A stretch of 64,000 nucleotides of DNA from Schmidtea polychroa (GCA_044892525.1 CM097885.1:39184001-39248000); one strand, 5' to 3'; positions 48,850-62,377 are shown, numbered from the stretch's first letter. Notes: generated by a model from the sequence alone, not told the origin. Program-made: numbers and translations.

Positions 48850-50547
48850 CGCGTTACAATATAGACAAAAAAAGTGATATAGTTTTGAAAATTATAAAGA
48901 TTTTAGGACTTAAAATACCTTAAGTTCTCAAAAATTCTATGTGTTTTAAAATTAAATTGCAAAATATGCAATTAAGATAATCGATTTCGAAGTATTACGT
49001 AATAACATGCTGTTACGCGCGTTACATCATTTGGACATAGGATTTTCTTGTGAGTTTTAAGGTGTGGTATTAAAAGTACCTTATGGACTTACATCATGAA
49101 CTGGATTTTTATGCTTAAAGGATGTTTAGATCATCTGAAAAACACCATGATATTTTCACAGTATCATCATCTTAGAAGAAAATGACGATTTTTTGTGTTA
49201 CGGGCGTTACACAGATTTTTTGTTACGCGCGTTACTTAAGGTTTGTGTACACATATAGTCCTCTAATTCATTCCATATTCAAGTTGTAGTACAATAATAA
49301 TGGGAAGTTACTAAGTTTCACAACATTCACAAAAGTCAAATAAGTGGATCAATGAGTTACACCCCCATTATCACAGTTCCAGAAATGATCCAGCATTATT
49401 TGTGGTACTTTTTTCGCATTTCCAAACACGGTGACTGCATCCACAAACGCTAGTGCATCTTGCATGGTCTCAGCAGTGGATAGTAGCACTTTCATACTAG
49501 AACGTGGCTGAGCCAATGCCCCAGAAAACTCTGCTGCATTTGTCACCGCATGTACACGTCGACTCAACACAGATCTCCAAACAATACGTTTCGCCATTCC
49601 CCCTGAAAAATTACAAGTCTGATCCATAAATTTGCTAGTTGACATATATATACTATATAGTCTTAACATTAACAAACAACTAACCTACGGCATCCACGGG
49701 TCCTTTATCGTGAGAAGTGGCAAAAAACGACCACGTCAATCTGTCTAGGTGAAATTGATTACGGAAATTCTCAAGCAATGCAAATGTAAATTTGTTTTCA
49801 TTTGTGATGATGGGCCATCACTTAGAATGTGGATTTCAACACACTGGCTGTGTTCAGACAAAAACTCTCGCATAACTTGAACAAAATTTGATGCAACAGT
49901 TGTCTTGTCGTGAACAAGACTGTCAGACACAACCACATATGAGCACGGCGTCGACTCTCCACTCCACAAACACGCTGTGAACACAGAAACGTGGCTCTGA
50001 AGCCAATGCGCTCCTTGTGTTTCGTCTTGGAACGCACAACCATAATTTTCGGCAAAATCAAATTGACAAATGACACGTTGAGGAGTCGCAGTTGACTTTA
50101 AATCATTGGCGTGCTTGTTCTGCCACCGTTTTGTGTAATGGTGTTTTAGAAATTGCGTCAAATTCAGAAGAAGGTCCTTGAAAATATTGTATTCGAATAA
50201 AAGCAAGTTCAGTTGATGATACCAACGCATTCATTCTTACTTCTAAGGCAGACCCCAGAGACTGTGTAACTTTCCTCTTCACCAACTGGCTGTGGTGCAA
50301 AATCTCATTTTCTCTTTTTTCCCAACGACATATTTCCACTTCCATCAAACTTTCATGTTCAGACAGTGCGATTTCTCTGAGACCGTTTCTCAAGCAACAT
50401 TTTTCGCATTCACCAAAGAAACACTCCTCACGTGAATCCGCGCACACTACCAAATCGGTCTATTTCTCTGAATATGGTGGTATGATCTCAGGAATCATGC
50501 AGGATATCGAGTTGACGGTACTGAAAGGTTAATTTATACCCAAGCTT

Positions 50548-50582
<35 letters not shown>

Positions 50583-51960
50583 TGCATTGTGCAATGTTCA
50601 CTTTACACATTACCTGATAAAGTTGTAATGCATTTGACAGACGCACACATTCTGTGGAGTATCCCCTACCACTAGCACATGTGATGGGCGCAATTTTGAA
50701 AACTTTGATTTTCCTATCTTCATTGCAGGATACTCTGTCAGAAACTGCTGGTATGCTTCTGTCAGTGTCATTGTCAGATACCTCTGAAATGTTTGTGTTA
50801 TAAGCACACGTATTCGTATGTTTCGTTTTTGGTCAATATATAACATTGCAATTAAAATAAATCTACCTTTGGTTTCTCCACCTTGGTTCCATCAGGATTT
50901 CTTACAGACACATAATCACGCTTCCCTGGGGCTTGGTATGATACATCATCCTTTATATAGAATGACTGAACACATTCCACAACAGTTTGGCTTATTACAT
51001 AGGAACCACGGGGATGCTTCTTAGGTTTCATCCCATATTCTGTCTGGATTCGGTGGAAGATGTGCGCACATTTCCTGGGTGAACCAGGAAGAGCTGTCTT
51101 CATTGAATGTAGAACCCTGAATCCATGACCATATGTATAATAATCAAATAACGTTTAATAAAGTTCCGATATTCTGCAAATAAATTAATATCGCATAATA
51201 CCTGTTAAACGCCCTAGTTTCGGAACTTTGTGAGCCATATGGAGAAGACATGTTTGTGCATGATGGCTCATCGTGAGCAATATTCTTTTTTCTTTGACGG
51301 TATGCCGCTACTCTTAACCGTGTCTGAAGCTTTATTTTATCCCTTTTAGCTTTCGGTTTTCGTCGAGAATGGTATTCTTTCTTGCGAGCATTCTACTTTT
51401 CTTTATATTCTGGGTGTCGTTCCCGGAACTCCTTTTGCCGTTGTGCATTGGTTTTCGCCATGATCTGAAATTAAATTCCATAAAGGTTCATTCATAATCA
51501 TTGAGTTAAAAAAACATCTTTGATGAAACTATAAACTATATCAGGCCTAAGTTTAAAATTATGATGTGTAAGTTTTATAAGATTAATACATAGTGTATAA
51601 CTGATAACTGATTCCTATTCTTCATCCTAGGTCTATCGCTTCTATAAAGCTATTAGGGTGTGCCACTTTAGGAAATTATTCACTTTAACTGTTTCATCTG
51701 ATATAGAGAGAAAATACGACAGTAACGCGCATAACGAAAGAGGTAACGCGCGTAACAATGAAAGTAACGGGCGTTACTAAATGTTTTTTGTTCATGACAG
51801 GTAAAATATAAAGATTTTACATTCAAGAACAGTATAAAACCGTTTATAAATAAACCGTTTCTATTTTGTAAAAGTTAGGGATGAATGGGGGTTACACATA
51901 CAATTATATGGAAATTATATAGTGTTTTTGTTATGCGCGTTACAAAATATTTACACACAT
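48850..51960 (-). mobile_element. Decayed DDE DNA transposon, Sola2-like
   Basis: Fragments KSKFSKLRP...CVCQMH, QFDFAENY...QDETQGAHW, SDGPSSQMK, FFATSHDKGPVDA...GGMAKR; subterminal GTAACGCGCGTAAC repeats at both ends; frameshifts and a (TA)n insertion. Superfamily assigned from memory of the motifs. Confidence 0.7.
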
Positions 51961-52588
51961 TTTAAAAGCAAATTACTTTCATTGCGTGCAAATAAAACAT
52001 ATAAACTGATAAAATAAATCATTAACAATGTATATATTTATTAAAAATATTAATTACAGTATCAAAAATGCACGATAAAGTATATTCAAACTTACGGAAA
52101 TAAAACGCAGTAATGATCATAAAAATATAAACAATTATTGCAACAAATTAAATTACACTTTATCATTAATGCCTTGAACGTTTGTCACAAAATTTCATAT
52201 TCATATTGTTTGATATATTACTTAATAGAAACAGTCAAAACATATTGTAAAATTAATAGAAATTTTTTCAGTCAGGCTGTCNNNNNNNNNNNNNNNNNNN
52301 NNNNNNNNNNNNNNNNNNNNNNNNNNNNNNNNNNNNNNNNNNNNNNNNNNNNNNNNNNNNNNNNNNNNNNNNNNNNNNNNNNNNNNNNNNNNNNNNNNNN
52401 NNNNNNNNNNNNNNNNNNNNNNNNNNNNNNNNNNNNNNNNNNNNNNNNNNNNNNNNNNNNNNTAATAAAACATGATTATACCGATCACCTACCCCATGAC
52501 TACCCGTCTATAACTATTCATAATAATATTATTTATATATATATATATATATATATATTACTTATAAATTTATAAATTAACCCTATAA

Positions 52589-52938
52589 TATCTTATATAC
52601 AATCCTTCATACTACTTATATATACTACTCATTAACCTGTATTTCGGATAAAAATTTATATCTTATATACAATCCTTCATACTACTTATATATACTACTC
52701 ATTAACCTGTATTTCGGATAAAAATTTATATCTTATATACAATCCTTCATACTACTTATATATACTACTCATTATCCTGTATTTCGGATAAAAATTTATA
52801 TCTTATATACAATCCTTCATACTACTTATATATACTACTCATTAACCTGTATTTCGGATAAAAATTTATATCTTATATACAATCCTTCATACTACTTATA
52901 CATACTATTCATTAACCGGTATTTCGGATAAAAATTTA
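52589..52938. repeat. Five tandem 70-bp units
   Basis: TATCTTATATACAATCCTTCATACTAC...GTATTTCGGATAAAAATTTA starts at 52589, 52659, 52729, 52799 and 52869. Confidence 0.92.
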
Positions 52939-54138
52939 TAATTTGTGATTTTATAAACAATCTATAATAATATTAGTGTATATATCATTCATAAAATTTA
53001 TTTTACGAATTCACCCTATAATATCCTATTTATAAATATTCGTCTTAATATTACTGAAATATACTATTTGTAAATATACACTTCTAAGGCATTATAAATT
53101 CCAATCACACCCCCATAATTTTTATAACAACTTATACACCTACACTTACATTTATACACTGATATATATACTACTTATAAAGGAGAATCATAAATTTCAT
53201 TCTGATAAATTACCCCCCCCCCTTCATATTCTCCCCTTACCTATATTACTATTTGAATGTATTATGAAAAAGGTACAATAAAAATTTCATAAATTGAAAA
53301 TCTGGGAAACCCCCCCCCCCTTTTTTTATTTATAATTCTATATATATCTATATCATATTATGTGCATATTACCTATAAATGACAATTTTAAAAAAACAAA
53401 ACCCCTTTATGATATGCTACATCGTTAGAATACAAAAACTATAAATTTCCAAGCTATAATTTTAGTTTATGAATATTTCTCACTTATTATAATTGTCTAT
53501 ATCTCTCACTAAAATAACAGATCAAATCATTAGGAAGATTTATTCATATCACATGGCGAAATAATTTGAGTTTGGATTGAGAATGCGTGGTTTTCCGTTC
53601 ACTGCCTGCGGGGTGGTCGTCTCCCCTTTGGGTGGCTTTAGGGAACTACAATGTGAATTGTAAGCACAGGTACTAAAGAAAATGGGCATTACCTTTTTGC
53701 TATTCCTCAGAAGGTCGAATACTCCTTTACCAGGTTTAGAGTTCCGATGTGAGTCGCTCGTAGGTTGACAGCCGTTGGCGTTTTCCGGCTGTGGTTTTCT
53801 TGGGTTGCTGGTTCTACAATTTATAAATTGACATTATTGCTTAGTTAAAATCTATTTTTAATTTAATTAATCAGATTGTTATATAAAATTAGTTTATAAA
53901 TCTTAAATTAATAAAATTTAAAATTGTTATATTTAAATCTCCATTTGAAACATTATAACAAACATAAATTAGAATAAATACATTAGGGAAGTTCCTTTCT
54001 TGAAGAATTATGGGAATATGATGGTGATTAGTATAGTCATTTAAATTTTTTTTTTCGACAAAGGTACGGAAACGCGTGAGGAGAAACTGGAAAATAATCA
54101 TATTTATTTGAAATGAAAAAAGAAAATATTTATTTAGA

Positions 54139-54510
54139 ATGTCGACATCCAGCAATCACAGCGAGGAGAACCTGTATGACGTGACGACCACACGCCTTCG
54201 CTCCAGACATATCTGGCACCACATCCACCGGTGGAGCCAGGGACGGGACCTAGATTGCACAAATCGAGTGATCCGGGAAGGCCCCTAGACAAACGCACCG
54301 GTATGGGTAAAGACCGAGCCGGACAACAATTGGCTCGTCGAGGCCAGAGACCGTACTATGGATGCAATCGCTAGAGCCCAGTGTGAACTCCGTTTGATCG
54401 AGGCTCAGCTCCGTGCGGTCGAAACTGGTCGGCCAATAGAAGAAATGGACGTGGAGCCGACGCCGGCGAAGAAACGGGGTCGACCCCGCAAGAAGGCTTT
54501 CCGAAACTGA
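54139..54510 (+). pseudogene. 123-codon ORF with a C-terminal AT-hook, interrupted by one in-frame stop
   Basis: ATG directly follows the acceptor-like TATTTAG-A; TAG at codon 50 (54286); ends AKKRGRPRKKAFRN*. Confidence 0.6.
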
Positions 54511-54856
54511 GATCTCGGTGGTCTCGGGGACGGTCTTACATTTAATTCTTTGACTTTAGTGATTTGACATGACTCCTTTGCTTAATAAACGTATTGTTTT
54601 CTTTATTTCGTTATGTCAATCTACATGTTATCATCTTAATAATTTACATTACGAAGTTATGCTAATCGAGACGTTATCATCTTGACTATCAACTCAACGG
54701 AAAATTTATGCTCACCCGTAGGACTTTAGTGTTTTATTCCACTTACATGGGCATAGTTCCTCGGATATGGGTACCCGAGCTTCGTTTCATAGGGATCGGC
54801 AATTATAAGGAGATAAAATTACGGTAAAAGTCGGTTGATTCTATATTTTAATTCAG

Positions 54857-55338
54857 TGTACCAACTGTTCGAATGACTCCGGAAGGACAGGGAGCAGGCG
54901 CAGCAGCAGGCCGAGCGGCTGCAACTTAGCGTCAATCAGTTCAAGGAACGCTGTCGGAAGATGGAGCAGACTTGGATTCGCCCTGAGGTGGCACACAAGT
55001 ACTTGAGACAGATTGAACAACTGCAGCTCCAGAGTACCCAAGACAAAACTGAAATACGAGCCCTAAAAATACAGATGCGGGCCATGGAAACAGAATTAAA
55101 TCAGCGGGCCATCGATGAGCACGTCACAGCAGCTATCCGGCCCATGACGATAGAACTGGCCGAAATGCACCCACTCAAGCCCAAGACCAAGCAAAAACGG
55201 CTAGGCCGAGATGGTCGTGAGCGACTCAAACGACTGAGGCTAGCAGAGCAAAGACTAGAAGAAGGGGCAAGAAAGTCAGTGCCACTTGACAGTTCATGTG
55301 CCGAACCAATGGATAGAAATAAAATTGTAGATAGTTGA
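54857..55338 (+). CDS. Coiled-coil ORF homologous to the LTR-encoded protein (related LTR family; 5' part degenerate)
   Basis: Acceptor TTTTAATTCAG at 54856. CTNCSND vs CFSCSDK; LQLSVNQFKERCRKMEQTWIRP vs LQAQIGKHKRRIDELEGTWFSP; KPKTKQKRLGRDGRERLKR vs KPKRRQLSRAERKKKQRER. Confidence 0.6.
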
Positions 55339-55820
55339 AGTTTAGTTCTTGTATGTTGAATGATGAAAATGAATGATGAGATGGGCATGGCGTTTTTGGG
55401 AAAACAATAGAAGTAGGGGACCAATGAAATCGGACACAAATCTTCTACCGATAGTCCGTGGACCCAAAGAGTGCTTGACAATTATAGTGCAAGTAGGCAC
55501 TCACCTTTTGCGAGTACTCACCCAGTTGACACAGTACCAACGGTGATCGCTCATCGGGTGTCAATTGGCGAAAGCAAGCTTGTATTCTGGGTTACGCTGG
55601 AAACAGCACGAAATGGTGAAATGTCTGACCACCTGTAACCCACCATTTGTCTATTTGCACTGATGAAGTTCTCACTAAGATGTATGATTTTACATCCCTT
55701 CCCAACCTCTAAACAGAAGCTTGGAGACAAAATCAACTGAATTTTAAATATTATTTGATCTAAAAAGTTGATTATCATTATTACAAGCTTAACGAAAACA
55801 ATAATAGCAATACATCCATT

Positions 55821-56157
55821 CAGTGCTCGAAGTGGAACAAAATATGTGCCGGGATAGGCATGCTGTGGCACCCGGGATTCCAGGCTTTTATGCAGAAATT
55901 TTCAGTTGGGGGTGTTGCAAAACTTTGGGGGGTGTCCAACAAATTGAATAGAGAATAGAGAATAAAGAATATATATATACATACATATATGGATGTACTA
56001 TGTGTGACCTTAATTGCAGTATTTGTGTGCCTATAAAATGAAATAAGTACCGGGATAAACCTATAGATTATATGAAATGAAGTGCCGGGATGCAATTCCG
56101 CCTACATAATCAATGCCGGGATAATACTCCGGCTATCCCGCCTCACTTCGAGCACTG
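55821..56157. mobile_element. hAT MITE
   Basis: Perfect 14-bp TIR CAGTGCTCGAAGTG and perfect 8-bp TSD CATCCATT. Confidence 0.92.
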
Positions 56158-57801
56158 CATCCATTATTAAATTAAAAACTACGCCAAAAATTAAATAGCT
56201 AAATCTACAGACAATCACTGCGGTGATTAAATTAAAATTGACAAATTTACTCCAACCAATAAACTTTGAAACTGTCGAACCTGATAAATAAACCGATGGT
56301 AATGATTCGGTCTATGCTGCATTTCTTTACTGATTTTACATTTATTAGTAATTAATTAGTAATTATCATTGAGTAAAATTTCACAATGTAAGCAATTAAA
56401 AATCTGACGATTTTTCATGAAAATAACATTGATATCACAAAATTACATCGAAGTTGTTGCTATAGGTATGACTATTAGTGCATTTCCATATTGCTTCATT
56501 CTAATTTTCAAAACACCAATCAAAGCACATTTTTATTAAACTAAATTCATCGAAAGTGACTTTGGTATCGTGAAGTTTTGATTAAACCTGTAAAATAAGC
56601 TGAGAATCTTCTGGATCTGCTAAATTACGCATACCCATATTTCAGGTTAGAAAATGGAAAGTGCATTAACGAAATTTGGTTAAACGGTCTTTACTATATT
56701 CTTAATAATTTTCATATTTGAATCACCTGTGAGTTTTATTAAGACATAATTTCTTCAACTTGTTTATTATATAGTTAATTAGAAAAACCTCACAAAAACG
56801 AAAATAGACGAAATTAAATCACATGATTCAAATATATATATAAATGGTAGGGTTTGGTCTGGAGTTTGCCCAGACGCCTCAATAATAATGATACAAATTG
56901 TATAAAATAATTACTTAAAATAGATCATAACTAAAATTAGCAAGTAAATACGGATAAATTAATACAGATAGTAATAAATAAATAATAATATTTTAAAATA
57001 GTAATTTTTAATTTATTTTTAATTTCAAAAATTCACTATAAGACGACATTAGCAACAGTTTGAAGGGAAGGAGAATTAATAACAGCTGGAGAGTTATTAA
57101 AGAAACTGCTTGAAATTATATTTTTCATATATAAAACATAGCCAGAAAAGGAGACTCAGTAGTGAAAATTAACTTGGAAAATTTGGAAAATTTGTCAAGT
57201 CGATTCAGAACAGCATTAAAAAGGTATTACTGATCATATTGTGAAATTGTTGAAAACCCATTTTGCGAAAACAGAAATTGACCATCAAGTAATTGATAGA
57301 CCAATTTTAACAGTTTAACAAGGGTTGTATTTTGAATTGAATTAAGCATCAGTTTTCTAGGGGAACTGCTTGCTTGCGTAATTTTATTAAATAGTAGAGG
57401 GTTAATATCTAAGAAAGCATTACTACCAATTTCTGGGTAGTAAGCGATCGTGCTAAATTTCGGGCATCCATTGTCTTTTTTCTTGCATTGTTGAGTGGCG
57501 CTGTTGATCAATTAGGATACTGCATTCGCCGCCTTAGAAATACCTAAGGACGGTTTATATAACCTATACCTTTTCTTAGCAGCGACAAGTTTCTTGGTAA
57601 TTAAATATTTTTGTTTTATTATTTTGTAAATCATATTTGTACTTATATTCTCATAAATATATATTAGTATCGAAAAGAATGTTGTGTTTTTATTTGTGAA
57701 CACATATATTTGGAGTCAGATCAAGACTGCGTGTGTTAATCGTATATCCACTTTCAAATCTACCATAAATGTAATAATAAAATGAAGTAATCCACCAATT
57801 A

Positions 57802-59094
57802 CAGGAATACCTCGAACAGTACGGTTAATCGGTTCTGGAATTTAGCCGTACTATTTGAAACCGGACTATTCGAGGCATTCTGGCGCTAATAAATTTACGG
57901 CTTAGTACCCCTATTAAGAAATTTAAAAATCGTGATTATAATCTAGTAAACAAAAAATATTTTGTTATGTATTTTTTTTCTGATATTCAAGAGCAAAACA
58001 ATCATATTTAACACAGTTGTACATTTAAATATATGTGAGACGATCTTTTTGAGATTTTATATCCCAGGCATGACTTCTCATTCACTGCTATGAAAGTGCG
58101 TGTTGCTAACTTTTTCCAGTATAACGCAGTCTCGTCTACATTGAATATTTGTTCGTCTTTGTAACCACCTTTTTCTATAATTCTGGATAATTCTTCTGGA
58201 TAGAATTTTAAAGCCGCCTCTTTATCTGCACTTGCAGATTCCCCACTTGCAAATACGTTGTGAATACCAGTTCGTTCCTTATACCGAGAAAACCACCCTC
58301 GACTGGCCGTAAAGGTTTCACCGGTTTCAGAACCAAGGTCTTCTACTTCATCCTCAGTCCCCAAGTCTTTGTAAAAATTTAGTGCCTTCGCTTGATTTTC
58401 CATTTGACTAATTGGAATACGTTTTTGGCTAAGGTGTTCTATCCATAAAGATAATAGTCGCTCTATGTTAACCATTCGAGAGCTTCCAATTTTCGTTACC
58501 ACTTTTGACAAACATGACGCCGTAGCTATACCTTGCGACTTGTATTGATCTTTCTTTTTCACAATTTTCCGAACTGACGCCTCGTTCATTCCCCTTTCTT
58601 TTCCTACTTTAGCAAACGAAGCCTCTTTGTCATGAAGTTTAATAACACTAAGCTTCTGTTTTAAAAGTGAGCCATTTGCATTTTATGGTTGTGGAGTCAC
58701 TTTTACACTTTGTTCTGCCACTCATTTTATTTTTAAAACTAAAATCTAAATATATAAAAGTCAACATACCTACAATTAAAAATATAAAACCAACAACTTT
58801 GATCTATTATCGCGCGATCGTGAATGTATCCATAGTGAATTTTTTTACGGTTTATTTATTCAATTTTTTATTGAAACTACAAACCAGAAATTAAACCTAA
58901 CAAAACAAATTATTAAACACGTGTCGTATGATTTTATAATAACGAATAAATTCTAAAAAATTAATTTTAAAAAACTTTTTTAAATTTCGAAAATATTATT
59001 AATTCATTTCAAAAACAATCATATTTTGAAAATTTCAAAATCGTACTATAGAGAAACCGTACTGATCGAAACCGTACTTTGCGAGGTATTCCTG
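57802..59094 (-). mobile_element. Tigger/pogo-type transposon, internally deleted
   Basis: TIRs CAGGAATACCTCG with TA TSDs; transposase remnant with HTH, FTASRGWFSRYKER and IFNVDETALYWK, truncated after the first D. Confidence 0.9.
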
Positions 59095-59223
59095 TAATTT
59101 TATTTGCGAAACATTAGTAGAGAGATTTGAGCCCACGAAACCACGAGCCCGCAAGGACAAAGACTATATACCCCATACCCCCGGCCAAATTTTTTAACTA
59201 CATGAGCCCGTGGGGACAAAAAC

Positions 59224-59350
59224 AATGACTCATCTGATGACTCATCCTTTTTAGAACAAAGACACATTCGATGACTCATCTCATGACTCACCTCATGAAT
59301 CATCCGATGACTCATCTAATGACTCACCTCATGACTCAATCCGATGACTC
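59224..59350. repeat. About 12-bp minisatellite built on TGACTCA
   Basis: Seven perfect TGACTCA and two near-matches in about 125 bp. Confidence 0.8.
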
Positions 59351-59771
59351 TTGCTAAAAATTAAAAAATTTAAATTTTTAGAGTTCACGACAATGGATTT
59401 TAATATTTGATAGTTCATTTTATAGGTCTTTGAAAGGGCTATTACGCACNNNNNNNNNNNNNNNNNNNNNNNNNNNNNNNNNNNNNNNNNNNNNNNNNNN
59501 NNNNNNNNNNNNNNNNNNNNNNNNNNNNNNNNNNNNNNNNNNNNNNNNNNNNNNNNNNNNNNNNNNNNNNNNNNNNNNNNNNNNNNNNNNNNNNNNNNNN
59601 NNNNNNNNNNNNNNNNNNCGACAAATTATTCTGTCCCCATATGGCTATTAGTCGCAAGGGTATTTATTACTCACACTCAACCACTCACAAGTGTATTATT
59701 ATTAATATTATTAATATTACTATTACTATTATTATTACTATTATTATTACTATTATTATTATTATTATTAT

Positions 59772-60177
59772 TGTTTCGACCAGTCAGAAGGAGGAATTAC
59801 TTCTACCTCTGGCTGGCGGTGTATGTGTGTGTTGTTTTATTGTTGTTTATTGTGGCGACTGTGTGCGTGTGGATGTTGCAATTGTTTTCATTTTGGTGTG
59901 TGCACACAGACGCGAGGAATTGGTACGTTTAACTTTTATTTGGTAAATGTAAATTAATTGAGTTGTGGGTTTTTTAGATTAGATTTTTCTAGAAGTTGTT
60001 TAAATATTGGTTTTAGTTGTACAGGATTTGAATTTATTGGAACGAAACAATTGATAAAGTTCCTTTGGTGTTTTATATATTTTTATTTAAGTAAACTTAA
60101 TGCTGGGTATGCGTGTTGTGTACTGACACATTTCGTCCCATTCCTAACGTTGGGTTTAGAAATCAGTTCTAGCCCAA

Positions 60178-60179
<2 letters not shown>
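59772..60179 (-). mobile_element. Short solo LTR (408 bp) inserted into a (TAA)n tract
   Basis: TG...CA termini (minus strand TGTTGGGCT...GTCGAAACA); TTAT on both flanks; 5' end shared with 46815. Confidence 0.6.
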
Positions 60180-60214
<35 letters not shown>

Positions 60215-61305
60215 TAAAATATATTGATAATTTAAACCCTTTACTGAGAATAATGTATTTAATGAAAAAGTTTTCGACTTTAAGATTGTCCTTGTTATTA
60301 TTATCATTATAATTATTATTAATAATATTATTATTATTTTTTAAAGTCAATTTATTATTATTATTATTATTATTATTGAGGTTTAAAAATGTAAATTATT
60401 AAATTATATAGTTCAGATTAAAAGGAAAACCGAAATTGAATGGCGGTCAAGCAGAGAAGCAATGCCAAAGAAAGATATGATAAAAACAGAACTATAAAAG
60501 GGTACAATCAGGCGTGAAATGGGAAAATGCGCAAACCTGAGGAAGTGGAATAAAGTGAAAAGTTATCGAAATTGAAGCTGGAAAACGGGAGAGGGGATGA
60601 TTAAGGGATGGTGAAGAAGACAGTGAGCAAGAAATTTTTAGAAAATATTTAGAAAGGGTCGTAAAACAGACAAATGTGAAAAACGTAAAATATTAATTAA
60701 TTAATTGGCTAATGGGAAACCCGAGCTAATGTGGAAGGGTAAACAAACAAGGAATTCAAAGGGCAATTATCCAAACAACAGGACAAACGAGGGTAAACAA
60801 AGGAAGGGGAATTACGAAGAGAGTCAACAGAAATAGCCAATTAGGGAATGATAACTAAAGAAGTCAAAACCAAATAGGTCAAAAATGGAGCAATTACAAC
60901 GATTATGTGAGTATATAAGGAAGCTCAAAAGTCACACAATCGGCGATAGCCTTAGGTAGGGAAGAAGAAAACGACATTTGGAGTTAGAGGAATAGAATAA
61001 AAGAAGAAAAAGAATAATAGGAAAAACTGAAGAGTTAGACAAGGAGTGTCAAAAGAGATTGGATCAGAGAGCGGAACTAAGTCAAAAGGTGAAACTTAAT
61101 TTTTGAATCGTACAAGGTTGAGACCTTCCAGAGCGGAGTCCAATCTGAAATTGCGTGAGAATTGTGGTTAACCCACAGTATAATTAATTGTTGAGAGTTG
61201 TAAATTTTTATAAATCAAATATACGTTGGGAGTTTGTGTTTATTGATTTTGGAACACGTGGAGTCAGAGTAACCAACGGTTAATTTTGATATCATAAAAC
61301 CCAAA

Positions 61306-61388
<83 letters not shown>
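61306..61388. repeat. (ATT)n microsatellite
   Basis: Direct read. Confidence 0.95.
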
Positions 61389-61389
<1 letters not shown>

Positions 61390-62142
61390 TTGAAGGGTTT
61401 TACGCATGGTATCCGAATGTTGTAATCCAAGGTAAGCAATATTTTCAGGATTTTCAACATTTTTATTGTTTTTTAACATTTTCATATTTTTCAATATTTT
61501 CATGATTATTTTCTTCAAAATTCTTATTTTATAAAGTATGACTCATTCAAGTTCATATGACTCATCAAGGTCATTGAAACAAAGACAATGACTCAGTGAC
61601 ATTTTTAAAATGCTAATTTGATTGGCTTTCTCTATTGTTATAAATGTAAAACAAAAGTAATTTAGTTATTTATTACTGATGATTTCTATAAGTAAAACTG
61701 TTGAATATGATTGTGCTAATCACAAAACGCATTTGGTAAATTTATTATTTTATCAATTTTTTCTATATATGTAATTTATAGCAAGGAAGTCCTACTAGAA
61801 ATAAGGAAAAAGTAAAATTAAGTCCAACCTATTCCGAAGATAAGAGTTCATTGAAATTCGAGTTTTTAACAGCATATTTGAAGATTTTATAATTAATCAT
61901 TATACTTACACGATACTTACATGATACTTAATTATGATACTTATAAGGAAATCATAAATATCTTAAAAATTTTCAAACATTCCTCTATTGAATATTTGAT
62001 TGATTTATTTAATTATGATAAATGCATTTTGAAATTATCTAGTTATTTAATGTATTTAGACAAAACAGGGTGTAAAGAACGACTCACTGAATGATTACGT
62101 TTGGAGTTGCATATATTTAAGATTGAAACCGGGATAAAGTAG

Positions 62143-62377
62143 ATTGATTTATGAAAGGATAGCGAAAGACGGTTTGATTGAAAATAAGCTAACGGAAAAA
62201 CTGAACGATGTTAAGAAAAGGTATTTAACTTGTTCAATTTGTAAAGAAAATCAAGTTTCGGTTTTGTATTTACCGTGTGGTCACGTAATTGTTTGTTCTA
62301 AGTGTCACGAGAAGAATGTTCACAATTGTCAAGCCTGTTCAACACTGATTAATGAATATCATACTATATACATGTAA
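62143..62377 (+). CDS. Terminal exon encoding an IAP/MDM2-type C-terminal RING-HC
   Basis: CSICKENQVSVLYLPCGHVIVCSKCHEKNVHNCQACSTLINEYHTIYM* has IAP-like RING spacing at the extreme C-terminus; upstream exons not found. Confidence 0.7.

Noticed and set aside
52589-52938. CRISPR-like array
   Set aside because: Units are contiguous with no unique spacers, the context is eukaryotic and there are no cas genes.
57050-57700. Coding-looking region between the MITE and the Tigger element
   Set aside because: Stops in all frames and no recognisable motif.
20683-61518. ORFs with YIYI, poly-I, poly-N or X runs
   Set aside because: Translations of (TA)n and (ATT)n microsatellites or of assembly gaps.
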